DNA of 41,812 nt from Chloroflexota bacterium (lineage in GTDB: Bacteria > Chloroflexota > Anaerolineae > Anaerolineales > DRMV01). The translations under genes and the position numbers were made by a program. Location of the stretch: positions 1-41,812 of the forward strand of contig JAADFA010000109.1 of assembly GCA_013153135.1 (NCBI GenBank), given 5' to 3'. The notes under the pieces are model-generated. The model had not been told where the DNA came from and made no database searches. It was given only the letters and a program-made list of their open reading frames with translations. Numbering within the stretch: position 1 is the stretch's first letter; each line of letters begins with the position of its first letter. Of the stretch, positions 1 to 8,306 are shown piece after piece.

Positions 1-70
1 ACCCCCGACATGCCCGTCTTTTGAGCCCCTTTTTGCCCTCCTGGCCCTCCAGGAGGCCTTCGTTGTTTCC

Positions 71-111
71 CCGAAAAAGCCAAAGTCCAGGGGCGCACTG
101 CCGTGCGCCCC
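71..111 (-). terminator. Possible intrinsic terminator for the rho/DUF4230 transcript (distal REP hairpin plus T-tract)
   Basis: On the minus strand the 9-bp GC stem (111->90) is followed by TGGACTTTGGCTTTTTCGG. The T-run starts about 10 nt after the stem, so it is not canonical. Confidence 0.35.
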
Positions 112-213
112 TACTACCGACTAACGACTGCCGACTACCGACTGCTTGCTATCCGCTCCCTGCTCTGGGCGCACTGCCGTGCGCCCCTACTGCCGACTAT
201 CGACTACCGACTG
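90..213. repeat. Two copies of a REP-like unit: a GC hairpin followed by tandem heptamers
   Basis: Copy 1 is the hairpin GGGGCGCAC-TGCC-GTGCGCCCC (90-111), then TAC and four heptamers TACCGAC/TAACGAC/TGCCGAC/TACCGAC (115-142), then TG. Copy 2 is the hairpin GGGCGCAC-TGCC-GTGCGCCC (167-186), then TAC and three heptamers TGCCGAC/TATCGAC/TACCGAC (191-211), then TG. It lies just 3' of the minus-strand gene ending at 224. Confidence 0.8.
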
Positions 214-223
214 TTCCACCCAT

Positions 224-937
224 CTATGGCGTTGGCGTAGGCGTTTCGGCTTGGGGCGTGTCGTAGACAAAGCGGACTCGCGGATAGCCCAGCTCGGCAA
301 ACAATCGCGTGAGAAAGGCTTCCGCGTTGATGCGCGCACGTTCCAAAATGCCGTCTTCCAACGCGGCTTCGAGGATGGCTTGTTCTGCCGCTTTTCGAGC
401 CGCGGTCTCCAAATCAACTTCGCCTTTGGTCAGCAGGCCTTTTTCCCGATCGTAGACGTAAGACTTTTGGTTATCCAGCGTCGCGATAAAAATCTCAGGC
501 TCAGGCAGACGGACATATAATACTCCGTCTTCAATCCAGATATCCTCAGGCCCGAGCTTGCTCAAATCCACGCCTGCAATCACGATGCCGTGGGCAATGA
601 AAATCAGCCGATCGCCGAATAGGGTATCCCAGATGCCCTCGGGTTGGGTGCGGGCTGTGATGACCTTTTCGATGGTATATTGCACCGTTTCGAGACGGGC
701 CAGTTGCTTTACTTGGTGGATGATGGTGATAGGGTCAGGTTGGATGGTTGGCGTTGGATGCAGTACTTGCGCGACCTGGGTGCTGAGGGAGGCCTGCATC
801 GCTTGCACAGGTTCGACGCTTCGTTGCACCTGCTGAACCGAGGCCCGGACGGTTTCGGTCACCCGATATACCCCCCAGGCCACGATAGCCAAAATCGCGA
901 GGGCGAAAAGAAAGAGGCCAAGTCGGCGCATCATCAT
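224..937 (-). CDS. DUF4230-like membrane-anchored protein
   Basis: 237-aa ORF with an N-terminal TM segment (LGLFLFALAILAIVAWGV). The motif IAHGIVIAGVDLSKL...LYVRLPEPEIF resembles the DUF4230 family as I remember it. Three consecutive ATGs follow GAGGGA. It starts 28 nt downstream of the rho stop. Confidence 0.7.
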   Translation of the reverse strand: MMMRRLGLFLFALAILAIVAWGVYRVTETVRASVQQVQRSVEPVQAMQASLSTQVAQVLHPTPTIQPDPITIIHQVKQLARLETVQYTIEKVITARTQPEGIWDTLFGDRLIFIAHGIVIAGVDLSKLGPEDIWIEDGVLYVRLPEPEIFIATLDNQKSYVYDREKGLLTKGEVDLETAARKAAEQAILEAALEDGILERARINAEAFLTRLFAELGYPRVRFVYDTPQAETPTPTP

Positions 938-965
938 CCCTCACTTGAGATAAGACTTGAAAGCG

Positions 966-2252
966 TCAGATCGCTTCAGTTAAAGTCTCCAAAAATTCCA
1001 TGTTGTTGCGAGTCTTGCGCAAGCGCTCCAGGATGGCTTCGGTTGCAGTTGCCATATCCATGCCCGCGCCGGCTGGTGGTGGTGTGATCATTTGTTGGAA
1101 CATACGGCGCATGAGCCAAACCCGTTGCGTGATGTCCGGACCGAGGAGCAGCTCCTCACGACGGGTGCCAGAGCGGGTGATATCAATCGCGGGAAAGATT
1201 CGCCGTTCCTGGAGCTTGCGCGAGAGATGGAGCTCCATATTCCCTGTGCCTTTGAACTCTTCGTAAATTACATCATCCATACGAGAGCCCGTATCAATAA
1301 GTGCAGTCGCAATAATCGTTAACGAACCGCCGTTTTCGATGTTCCGGGCGGCGCCGAAGAAACGTTTGGGCGGATAGAGTGCGGAGGGGTCCAGACCGCC
1401 CGTCAGGGTGCGGCCTGAAGGGGTCACAACCAGGTTATACGCACGGGCTAGGCGAGTAATAGAGTCCAGCAAAATTACCACATCTTTGCCGATCTCAACC
1501 AGGCGCTTAGCTCGTTCCAGCACCATTTCCGCGACGCGCACGTGCGATTGCACGGGCTCGTCGAACGTGGATGAAATGACCTCCGCGTCCACCGAGCGGT
1601 CCATATCCGTAACTTCCTCGGGGCGCTCGCCGATGAGCGCGACCATAAGGTGCACATCGGGGTATTTGGTCGAGATAGCGTTGGCGATTTGCTTGAGGAT
1701 GGTTGTCTTACCCGCCTTGGGTGGGGACACAATGAGCCCTCGTTGCCCTCGTCCGATGGGCGCGACCAGATTGATGAGCCGGGTAGCTAAGGCGTAGCGG
1801 TCGGTTTCGAGGTCAAAGCGCCGATCGGGGAAGATGGGCACCAGCTCCTCAAACCGAGGACGGCGTCGTGCTTCTTCGGGCGTGAGGCCATTAATGCTTT
1901 CGACACGTAGGAGGGCATGATGCTTTTCCGTGTTGCGTGGGGGGCGGACATAACCCATGACCAAATCGCCGGGTCGGAGGCCATAGCGCCGAATTTGCGC
2001 GGGGGAAACATAGATATCATCGGGGCCTGGCCGATAGCGGCGCGCGCGCAAAAAGCCCACGCCGGAGTCGGGCAAAATTTCCAAAATACCCCCTCGCAGT
2101 TCCAGGCCGTTGCGTTCAGCCTCTGCTCGTCGGATCGCTACGATTAACTCGTCCTTCTTTAGACGACTGTAGCGGGGGATTTTGAGCTCTTTCGCTCGGC
2201 GGCGCAATTCGGCTAACGTCGCTTTTTCGAGTTCTGCCACTTGGGTCGCCAT
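966..2252 (-). CDS. rho: Transcription termination factor Rho
   Basis: It has a Rho N-terminal SAP-like segment ([25 protein letters not shown]), Walker [10 protein letters not shown] and [10 protein letters not shown], and is Rho-like end to end. The ORF track begins at 2339, but I trimmed it to the ATG at 2252 (MATQVAELE), giving 428 aa. Confidence 0.93.
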   Translation of the reverse strand: MATQVAELEKATLAELRRRAKELKIPRYSRLKKDELIVAIRRAEAERNGLELRGGILEILPDSGVGFLRARRYRPGPDDIYVSPAQIRRYGLRPGDLVMGYVRPPRNTEKHHALLRVESINGLTPEEARRRPRFEELVPIFPDRRFDLETDRYALATRLINLVAPIGRGQRGLIVSPPKAGKTTILKQIANAISTKYPDVHLMVALIGERPEEVTDMDRSVDAEVISSTFDEPVQSHVRVAEMVLERAKRLVEIGKDVVILLDSITRLARAYNLVVTPSGRTLTGGLDPSALYPPKRFFGAARNIENGGSLTIIATALIDTGSRMDDVIYEEFKGTGNMELHLSRKLQERRIFPAIDITRSGTRREELLLGPDITQRVWLMRRMFQQMITPPPAGAGMDMATATEAILERLRKTRNNMEFLETLTEAI

Positions 2253-2497
2253 CGGTGCCAACCTCACTGAGTAGGGATGCATTTCAAAATAGGATGGCTG
2301 ATTGAACGATGGGCGGACATCAGGATGGACAACATCCATGGGACATGTGCGCTCGGTTGGGATGATGTCCGAGCGGGTGCAAGGGGAAGCAAGTTACACC
2401 ACAGTTCAATGACGCGCACAGTTGAACCCGGCCTCATTTGGATGCGCGGCCCTGGGGCATATGCGGGAAAAGCGTGCTTTGTGCGAGGCCGCGCGCC

Positions 2498-2532
2498 AAA
2501 CACAAAACGCGGGGCGTACGTCCCAACGCCCC
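2498..2532 (-). terminator. Intrinsic terminator downstream of the 2618-2995 gene
   Basis: The minus strand reads GGGGCGT-TGGGACGT-ACGCCCC (7-bp stem, 8-nt loop), immediately followed by GCGTTTTGTGTTT. Confidence 0.6.
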
Positions 2533-2617
2533 TGATGGGCTACGCGGTTATGGCCTCGCCCGTTGGTTTGCGCCACCCGGGCTATTACGCGCGACGTTTT
2601 CGCGCGAGCTCGCAGGC

Positions 2618-2995
2618 CTAGTAGGTGAAGTCGTCGGAATCGTCTCCATTGGGTTCAGCGAGGTTCTCGAGCACCTCTTGCGGCAAGAGGACCCACAACG
2701 TCAGCACATCCCCCTCGTCCGTGGGTTCATAACGGACGGCCGCAATCGGTACGCGTTGTACAAGGCCCAAGGGCGTGCGGAATTCGAGGTAGATCGCATC
2801 TTTCGCCCGCCACGCGCGGTGGCATCGTTCAACCAACGCAGGACCATTCAGCGCACGCACACGCGTGCGCGCCAAAAGCGCGCGGCGAGGCGGCCCTTCC
2901 AATATACCCCAAAACAGCTCGCCCATGGGCTGCTGGACAGGTTCGAAAACGGGCGTCGGGCCTTCAATGATGGTGATTTTCCGTTCCTCATCCAT
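2618..2995 (-). CDS. Hypothetical protein (125 aa), acidic C-terminus
   Basis: The ORF is 2618-3013, and its first codon is TTG. The ATG at 2995 (MDEERKITIIEGP) lies about 11 nt after GGGAG and is the more likely start. I recognise no family. Confidence 0.55.
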   Translation of the reverse strand: MDEERKITIIEGPTPVFEPVQQPMGELFWGILEGPPRRALLARTRVRALNGPALVERCHRAWRAKDAIYLEFRTPLGLVQRVPIAAVRYEPTDEGDVLTLWVLLPQEVLENLAEPNGDDSDDFTY

Positions 2996-3144
2996 GGGTG
3001 TATTCGCTCCCAACCGTTGTGTTTTTTATCATACCATGTTTTGCTTCCCCTGCAAGGGCCGGACCGAAGAGAACCAGGGCTTTTTACTTGGCTTCATTAC
3101 CCAAACCTATCACCTCTGCTCAGCCATTTCTTTCTCGGATGCAC

Positions 3145-3150
3145 TATAAT
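3145..3150 (+). promoter_or_regulatory. Candidate -10 box (TATAAT) for metG
   Basis: A perfect TATAAT sits 38 nt upstream of the metG ATG in a GC-rich intergenic region. I see no convincing -35. Confidence 0.3.
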
Positions 3151-3188
3151 TGTAGCATTCCAGGCCTGACTCGAAGCGGAGGAGACTT

Positions 3189-5000
3189 ATGAGCGCGTAC
3201 GTCTTGGCCGGGGTCGCGTGGCCATATGCCAACGCGCTGATCCATGCCGGGAACTTGGTGGGCGCGTATTTGCCTGCAGACATCTTTTCTCGCTATCAAC
3301 GCCTGCGCGGTCGGAACATGCTCATGGTCTCGGGCTCGGATGCCCATGGTACGCCGATCACGGTACGTGCTGATAAAGAAGGCGTCCCCCCTGAAACCAT
3401 TTACCGACGTTATCATCGCTCTTTTTTGGAGCTCTTCCAGAAGTTTGGTCTGGCTTACGACCTGTTTACCTCAACGCATACTGAGAACCATTTCCGCGTA
3501 TCACAAACCATATTCAAAGCCCTGCTCGAGAATGGTTACCTTTTTACCCAAAAGGCCAAACAATGGTATTCCCCAACTTTGGGGCGCTTCTTGCCTGACC
3601 GTTACGTTGAGGGTACATGTTACATTTGTGGCTATGAGCACGCGCGTAGCGACCAGTGCGACCGATGTGGTAATTTGCTCGACCCAACTAAACTGATCAA
3701 TCCTCGGTCTAAGCTCGATGGGTCAGTGCCTGAATTGCGGGATACGGAACACTTTTACCTTGACTTGCCCAAGCTGGAGCCAGCTCTGCTGGATTTTTTG
3801 CGGCAGCATCAAGACCATTGGCGCCCCCCGGTCGTGCGACAATCCATTAGCTTTATTCAGACTGAAGGGCTCAAGCCCCGGCCCATCAGCCGCGATCTGG
3901 ATTGGGGCATCCCCATCCCCTTGCCCGGTTGGGAACACAAGGTGCTGTATGTCTGGTTTGAAGCGGTGATCGGGTACCTTTCTGCGGCCATTGAATGGAG
4001 CCAGCTCACTGGCCAACCCGACGCGTGGCAGGCTTGGTGGTTCAACCCCGAAGCACGAACGTATTACTTTATCGGCAAGGACAATATTCCCTTCCACACC
4101 CTCATGTGGCCTGCCGAGCTCATCGGCGCGGGGACGGCCTTTGAGCGTCTCTTCCTTGGCCAAGAGAAGGGACGCCGCTTGGTCTTGCCGTATGATGTGC
4201 CCGCGAACCAATTTCTCAACCTGGAAGGCTGCAAATTCTCCGGCAGTCGTAACTGGGCCCTTTGGGGGCTCGATCTGCTGGAACGCTACGACCCCGACCC
4301 CTTGCGCTATTACCTCACGGCCATCATGCCCGAGACGAAGGATACCGACTGGTATTGGGAGGACTTCCTGCGGCGCAACAACGATGAGCTGGTGGCTACG
4401 TGGGGCAATTTGGCCCATCGAGTGTTATCTTTTGCGTACAAACATTGGGGCCACGTGCCCGAGCCTGGGCCCCTGGCCGACCTAGACGCGGCTTTGTTAG
4501 AGGAAATGACTCAGGGCCTGCAGGTCGTGGGTGAGCATCTGGAGCACGTACGCCTCCGCGCGGGCTTGCAAGAAGCCATGCGCCTGGCTGCCCAGGTGAA
4601 CAAGTACCTGGAGCGCCGCGCGCCGTGGCAGCGCATTAAAGAGGATCGCACCGATGCAGGCACCATTATCTACACGGCCTTGCGTGCCATTGATGACTTA
4701 AAGATAATGTTTGCCCCCTATCTTCCCTTCACCAGCGAACGTCTACACCAATATTTAGGGTATGAGCGGCCCCTTTTTGGACGTCAATATACGGAGACGG
4801 TTGAGGATGCCCTGGGTACCCATGAAGTTTTGCGTTACGACCCCACCCCGGCGACGGGCCGTTGGGTGCCCAGCGAGCTACCTCCGGGGCAGCCCTTGCG
4901 TAAGCCCAAGCCTCTGTTCCGTAAGCTTGACCCGGCCATCATTGAAGAGGAAAAGGCGCGCCTGGGTGAACCGCCCGAGGATTGCGTGGGGAGGCGATAG
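3189..5000 (+). CDS. metG: Methionine--tRNA ligase (archaeal/eukaryote-like type with zinc knuckle)
   Basis: 603 aa. Motifs are WPYANALIHAGNLVG (the HxGN form of HIGH, as in eukaryote/archaeal-type MetRS), the knuckle CYICGYEHARSDQCDRCGN, and the KMSKS-equivalent KFSGSRN. GGAGGAG lies 5 nt before the ATG. Confidence 0.93.
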   Translation: MSAYVLAGVAWPYANALIHAGNLVGAYLPADIFSRYQRLRGRNMLMVSGSDAHGTPITVRADKEGVPPETIYRRYHRSFLELFQKFGLAYDLFTSTHTENHFRVSQTIFKALLENGYLFTQKAKQWYSPTLGRFLPDRYVEGTCYICGYEHARSDQCDRCGNLLDPTKLINPRSKLDGSVPELRDTEHFYLDLPKLEPALLDFLRQHQDHWRPPVVRQSISFIQTEGLKPRPISRDLDWGIPIPLPGWEHKVLYVWFEAVIGYLSAAIEWSQLTGQPDAWQAWWFNPEARTYYFIGKDNIPFHTLMWPAELIGAGTAFERLFLGQEKGRRLVLPYDVPANQFLNLEGCKFSGSRNWALWGLDLLERYDPDPLRYYLTAIMPETKDTDWYWEDFLRRNNDELVATWGNLAHRVLSFAYKHWGHVPEPGPLADLDAALLEEMTQGLQVVGEHLEHVRLRAGLQEAMRLAAQVNKYLERRAPWQRIKEDRTDAGTIIYTALRAIDDLKIMFAPYLPFTSERLHQYLGYERPLFGRQYTETVEDALGTHEVLRYDPTPATGRWVPSELPPGQPLRKPKPLFRKLDPAIIEEEKARLGEPPEDCVGRR

Positions 5001-5008
5001 ACTCGTCC

Positions 5009-5710
5009 ATGAGCGGCTATCGGATTCGGGATTGGGATACCGAGGACCGTCCGCGGGAGCGCTTGGCCCGGCTCGGGCCGCAGAGCCTGACCACGGCAGA
5101 GCTCTTAGCCATCCTTTTGCGCACTGGCCGCCGCGGAGAGCACGCGGTGGCTTTGGCCCAGCGCCTGCTGCGCGAGTTCGGCGGACTCACGGGCCTGCAT
5201 CGCGCGCCCTTGAGCGCGTTGCAGGCCATCCCGGGCATGGGCTTGGCCAAGAGCACTCAAATCAAAGCCGCGTTGGAATTGGCGCAACGTCTGCGTCGCG
5301 CTCAATGGAAAGAACGCCCGGCTATTCACAGTCCGCAGGATGTGGCCGAAATGCTCATGACCGAGATGACCGCGCTGGAACAAGAGCATTTACGGGTGCT
5401 CCTGCTCAACACCCGCAATCACGTTTTAGATGTGCGCGACGTGGTCCGGGGTTCGGTCAATAGTGCGCAAGTGCGTGTAGCCGAGGTCTTCCGGGAGGCC
5501 GTTCGACATAACGCAACCGCCATCTTGCTGGTGCATAATCACCCTAGTGGCGACCCGTCTCCAAGCCCGGATGATATCGCGTTGACGCGCCAAATCGTGG
5601 CCGCGGGGCGTACGCTAGATATCGCGGTGCTTGACCATATCATCATTGGCGCGGGGCGTTATGTCTCTTTGCGTGAGGCCGGGTTGGTGGTCTTTTGGGA
5701 TGGCGCCTGA
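5009..5710 (+). CDS. radC: RadC-family JAB/MPN domain protein
   Basis: Motifs are ELLAILLRTG, an HhH-like LQAIPGMGLAKSTQIKAALEL, and the JAMM motif HNHPSGDPSPSPDD. I trimmed the TTG at 4982 to the ATG at 5009, 9 nt after the metG stop. Confidence 0.88.
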   Translation: MSGYRIRDWDTEDRPRERLARLGPQSLTTAELLAILLRTGRRGEHAVALAQRLLREFGGLTGLHRAPLSALQAIPGMGLAKSTQIKAALELAQRLRRAQWKERPAIHSPQDVAEMLMTEMTALEQEHLRVLLLNTRNHVLDVRDVVRGSVNSAQVRVAEVFREAVRHNATAILLVHNHPSGDPSPSPDDIALTRQIVAAGRTLDIAVLDHIIIGAGRYVSLREAGLVVFWDGA

Positions 5711-5742
5711 GCGCGCGATGGGGGCTCGTTTGGGAGGCGACC

Positions 5743-6246
5743 ATGACCAAAACGCGACCTTGGCCGGACGTACAGCTCGCTGCCGTCGGGAACGATATCT
5801 GGGAACTCCGTCACGCGGGCCAGACTTGGCGGGTGCGCGTTCTGCATCGTGAAGGGGTCCGCTGGTATCTCGAGATCGAGGGGCAACGCGTGGTCGTCGA
5901 TGCCACCTGGGTCCGGGGCCAAGGATGGGCCCAATGGCGTGGGCGGTTGTGGCGCGTCGATAGCACCCCCCGCGCACCCAGCGCGCGAGGCGAAGCCGAA
6001 GCGCCCCATCGCGATGGCATCCTGCGCGCACCCATGCCCGCGCAAGTGCGCCATATCGCGATCCAACCCGGTGATCGCGTTAAGGCCGGGGCAACTTTGG
6101 TCCTCCTTGAAGCCATGAAGATGGAACTTCGCATCCAGGCGCCGTTTGACGCGCATGTGACCGCGGTGCATGTGCAACCCGGTCAGGCTGTCGAGCGCGA
6201 CGCGGTATTGGTTGAACTCGAACCCGTCACTGCGGGGGCTGAGTGA
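5743..6246 (+). CDS. Stand-alone biotinyl/lipoyl-carrier domain protein
   Basis: The C-terminal roughly 70 aa carry the biotinylation motif LEAMKME within a biotinyl-domain-like sequence. The ATG at 5743 lies 6 nt after GGGAGG. The N-terminal roughly 90 aa are unassigned and Trp/Arg-rich. Confidence 0.75.
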   Translation: MTKTRPWPDVQLAAVGNDIWELRHAGQTWRVRVLHREGVRWYLEIEGQRVVVDATWVRGQGWAQWRGRLWRVDSTPRAPSARGEAEAPHRDGILRAPMPAQVRHIAIQPGDRVKAGATLVLLEAMKMELRIQAPFDAHVTAVHVQPGQAVERDAVLVELEPVTAGAE

Positions 6247-6303
6247 AAGTAGCTCCCTCACTCACGAGGCTGGCGTGATCGTGGATGGTGAAATTCAAAC
6301 GTT

Positions 6304-7359
6304 TTAGCGGGTCTGAGTCACTTTTGTCAGCCCGCGTGGGTGATCTGGATCGTAATCCTTGGCCAACGTGAGGTAGTAAGCAAACAGTTGGCCCAAGACT
6401 ACCGCGGTGAAGGGGGTAAGCCATTCGGGCAGATCGCCGGGCAAGGCAAGCCGTGTGCGCGCGAGCGCGAGGGTCTCTGCTGCGTCGGAGATGGCAACAA
6501 TTTCCGCGCCTCGTTCCCTCAGCCGTGTCGCGAGCCGTTGGATCTCGGTGTACACCCGCCCGCGCGGTGCAATCAGGATGACCGGAAACCCATCCCCAAT
6601 GACCGCGATAGGGCCGTGCTGAAAGTCGGCCGATGAGTATGGTTCTGCAACTACGTAAGTGAGCTCTTTGAGCTTGAGTGCAATCTCGTATGCGGTCGCG
6701 TAGTTGTATCCGCGGCCGATGACCACGCACGTACTCATGTAGCGGTAGCGTTCCGTCGCGCGCGCGATCATTTCGGCCATACTCAATGCCTGGCTTACGG
6801 CCGCGGGCACCGCGGTGAGCTCCCGCCAGGCTTGCGCGTCCTCTGTCCATTGGGTTACGAGCAGGGCCAGAGCCATGAGCTGCGCGGTGTAGGTTTTGGT
6901 CGCGGCGATGCTTCGCTCCTCCCCTGCATGCAAGGGCAGTATATGGGTCGCGACGTGGGCCAAGGGCGCGTCGGGGTCGTTGGTGATCGCGACGGTCATG
7001 GCCCCCTGTTGTGTTGCTGTCTCTACCACAGTGATGATATCCGAAGAGCGGCCCGATTGAGAAATACCGATAACCAACGTCTCGCGCAGTTGAGGGGGAC
7101 GCTCATACAGCGTGAAAAGGGACGGCGTGGCCATCGCCACGGGCAGCCCGACCATCGCGCCAAACAAATACTTGCCGTACAGCGCGGCATTGTCGCTGCT
7201 CCCACGTGCGGCCATAACTACGAAGCGGATTCCTCGCTCGCGGGCGGTCTGCGCGATAGCCCGAGCTCGCTCCCGTTCTTCCAAGAGCAAGGTGGTGAGC
7301 ACTTGGGGCTGTGCGAAGATCTCACGGTACAGGTAGGGCGTATCTGTGTCGGGCTTCAT
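6304..7359 (-). CDS. Tandem-SIS phosphosugar-binding protein (GlmS isomerase-domain-like, without glutaminase domain)
   Basis: 351 aa from MKPDTDTPYLYREIFAQP, with motifs ARGSSDNAA and GISQSGRSSD. The 5' part of the 454-aa ORF is a low-complexity Arg/Pro extension, which I trimmed. The ATG overlaps the upstream stop (ATGA at 7356-7359). Confidence 0.82.
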   Translation of the reverse strand: MKPDTDTPYLYREIFAQPQVLTTLLLEERERARAIAQTARERGIRFVVMAARGSSDNAALYGKYLFGAMVGLPVAMATPSLFTLYERPPQLRETLVIGISQSGRSSDIITVVETATQQGAMTVAITNDPDAPLAHVATHILPLHAGEERSIAATKTYTAQLMALALLVTQWTEDAQAWRELTAVPAAVSQALSMAEMIARATERYRYMSTCVVIGRGYNYATAYEIALKLKELTYVVAEPYSSADFQHGPIAVIGDGFPVILIAPRGRVYTEIQRLATRLRERGAEIVAISDAAETLALARTRLALPGDLPEWLTPFTAVVLGQLFAYYLTLAKDYDPDHPRGLTKVTQTR

Positions 7360-7916
7360 GGCTCCTCCTGGGGTGGAACGTGGGCGCGCAGGATACGGAC
7401 CGCATCCTCGGGGTCTGAGGCTATCAGGAGCGCGTGGCGTGCCGCAGGCGGGAAGTACGCGGCGAGTGCTTCCTGGGTGCGCTGACAGGCATCGGCCAAT
7501 TCCTGCCCGATGAGGATGAGCGGCCGCGGGGGTAGCGCGCGGATCAGCAAATGGTTCCATGTGAGCAAGATTTCGGTCAACGTGCCCACGCCGCCCGGCA
7601 GGGCTAAAAACGCGTCGCCGTGGGTGAGCATGCGCTCGAGGCGCTCCAGCAACGTACGCGTACGCCATTCTTCGTGCAGCCAGCGATTGGGGCCGACCGG
7701 GCGCCAGCGCTCGATTTGCTCGCAGGTCACGCCGATGACATGACCACCGGCCTCGGCCGCGCCGCGCGAGACGGCTTCCATGGTGCCGATATACCCCCCG
7801 GTGATCACGATGTACCCCGCGCGAGCCAGGGCCTGGCCCAAATGATAGGCACGTTGATACGCGGGGTCGCCGGGCTTTGGGGCGGACGCGCCAAATACAA
7901 CCACACGTGCTGCCAT
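7356..7916 (-). CDS. LOG-family (TIGR00730-like) nucleotide phosphoribohydrolase
   Basis: 186 aa with motifs TGGYIGTMEAVSRGA and the signature PGGVGTLTE. Confidence 0.8.
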   Translation of the reverse strand: MAARVVVFGASAPKPGDPAYQRAYHLGQALARAGYIVITGGYIGTMEAVSRGAAEAGGHVIGVTCEQIERWRPVGPNRWLHEEWRTRTLLERLERMLTHGDAFLALPGGVGTLTEILLTWNHLLIRALPPRPLILIGQELADACQRTQEALAAYFPPAARHALLIASDPEDAVRILRAHVPPQEEP

Positions 7917-7946
7917 CGCGTTCCCCTTTGACTTGTAGGAATGGAG

Positions 7947-8297
7947 CTAATCACGCAAGACGCGTAGTACATACCCCAAGCCGACCCCGGCCAACAGCCC
8001 GCCCCAGGGCGAAAGGTCGGCATCGGTGATTTGATTGAGCACAATGGCCAGGCCTAACCCAGCCAAACCCATGCCTGCTAGGAGCCCATACCGCCCTCGT
8101 CCCCAACGTCGCCGCCAGGTTCGGTAGGCCATGCCGAGACCAAGCACCATTAGGCCGAGGCCAACCAGCGCGGCTACCAGCGAAACCACCGCAGCCACCG
8201 CGCGGGAGACGGATGTGAACAAGGGAACACCCAGGGCGCCCAGCCCCCAAGCCAAAAGCAGCAAGCCAATAAGGATATCCCGCGTCCGTCGAGACAT
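7947..8297 (-). CDS. Small integral membrane protein (about 3-4 TM), hypothetical
   Basis: 116 aa, Gly/Leu/Ala-rich and hydrophobic. GGAGGGAG lies directly upstream, overlapping the stop of the preceding gene. Confidence 0.6.
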   Translation of the reverse strand: MSRRTRDILIGLLLLAWGLGALGVPLFTSVSRAVAAVVSLVAALVGLGLMVLGLGMAYRTWRRRWGRGRYGLLAGMGLAGLGLAIVLNQITDADLSPWGGLLAGVGLGYVLRVLRD

Positions 8298-8306
8298 GTC
8301 TCCCTC

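Noticed and set aside
90-213. Possible CRISPR array, given the repeated palindromic unit.
   Set aside because: There are only two copies. The 'spacer' between them is itself made of 7-bp tandem repeats. No cas genes are in the window. It fits a REP/terminator-type element better.
21-266. 81-aa plus-strand ORF (and 146-520 plus, 187-417 minus) over the first 270 nt.
   Set aside because: The apparent peptide repeats merely mirror the hairpin/heptamer DNA repeat. There is no SD site, and the ORF overlaps the DUF4230 gene's 3' end. I treat the region as non-coding.
3189-3260. MetRS HIGH motif reads HAGN instead of HxGH, a possible inactive synthetase.
   Set aside because: HxGN is the normal form of the motif in archaeal/eukaryote-type MetRS (for example HLGN). 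The rest of the enzyme, including the zinc knuckle and the KFSGS loop, looks intact.
6241-6263. Weak inverted repeat GAGTGA...TCACTC between the convergent biotinyl-protein and SIS genes, as a possible bidirectional terminator.
   Set aside because: It has only 6-bp arms with an 11-nt loop and no flanking T/A tracts, which is too weak to call.
6304-7668. Long 5' extensions of ORF-track entries: 6304-7668, 8307-9152, 10751-12199, 16581-17840, 17167-18072, 966-2339, 21119-21640, 36842-37861 and 37644-39587.
   Set aside because: The extensions are Arg/Pro/Gly-rich and overlap neighbouring genes or intergenic hairpins. Internal ATG or GTG codons with SD-like sites coincide with the start of family-typical N-termini, so I trimmed the starts.
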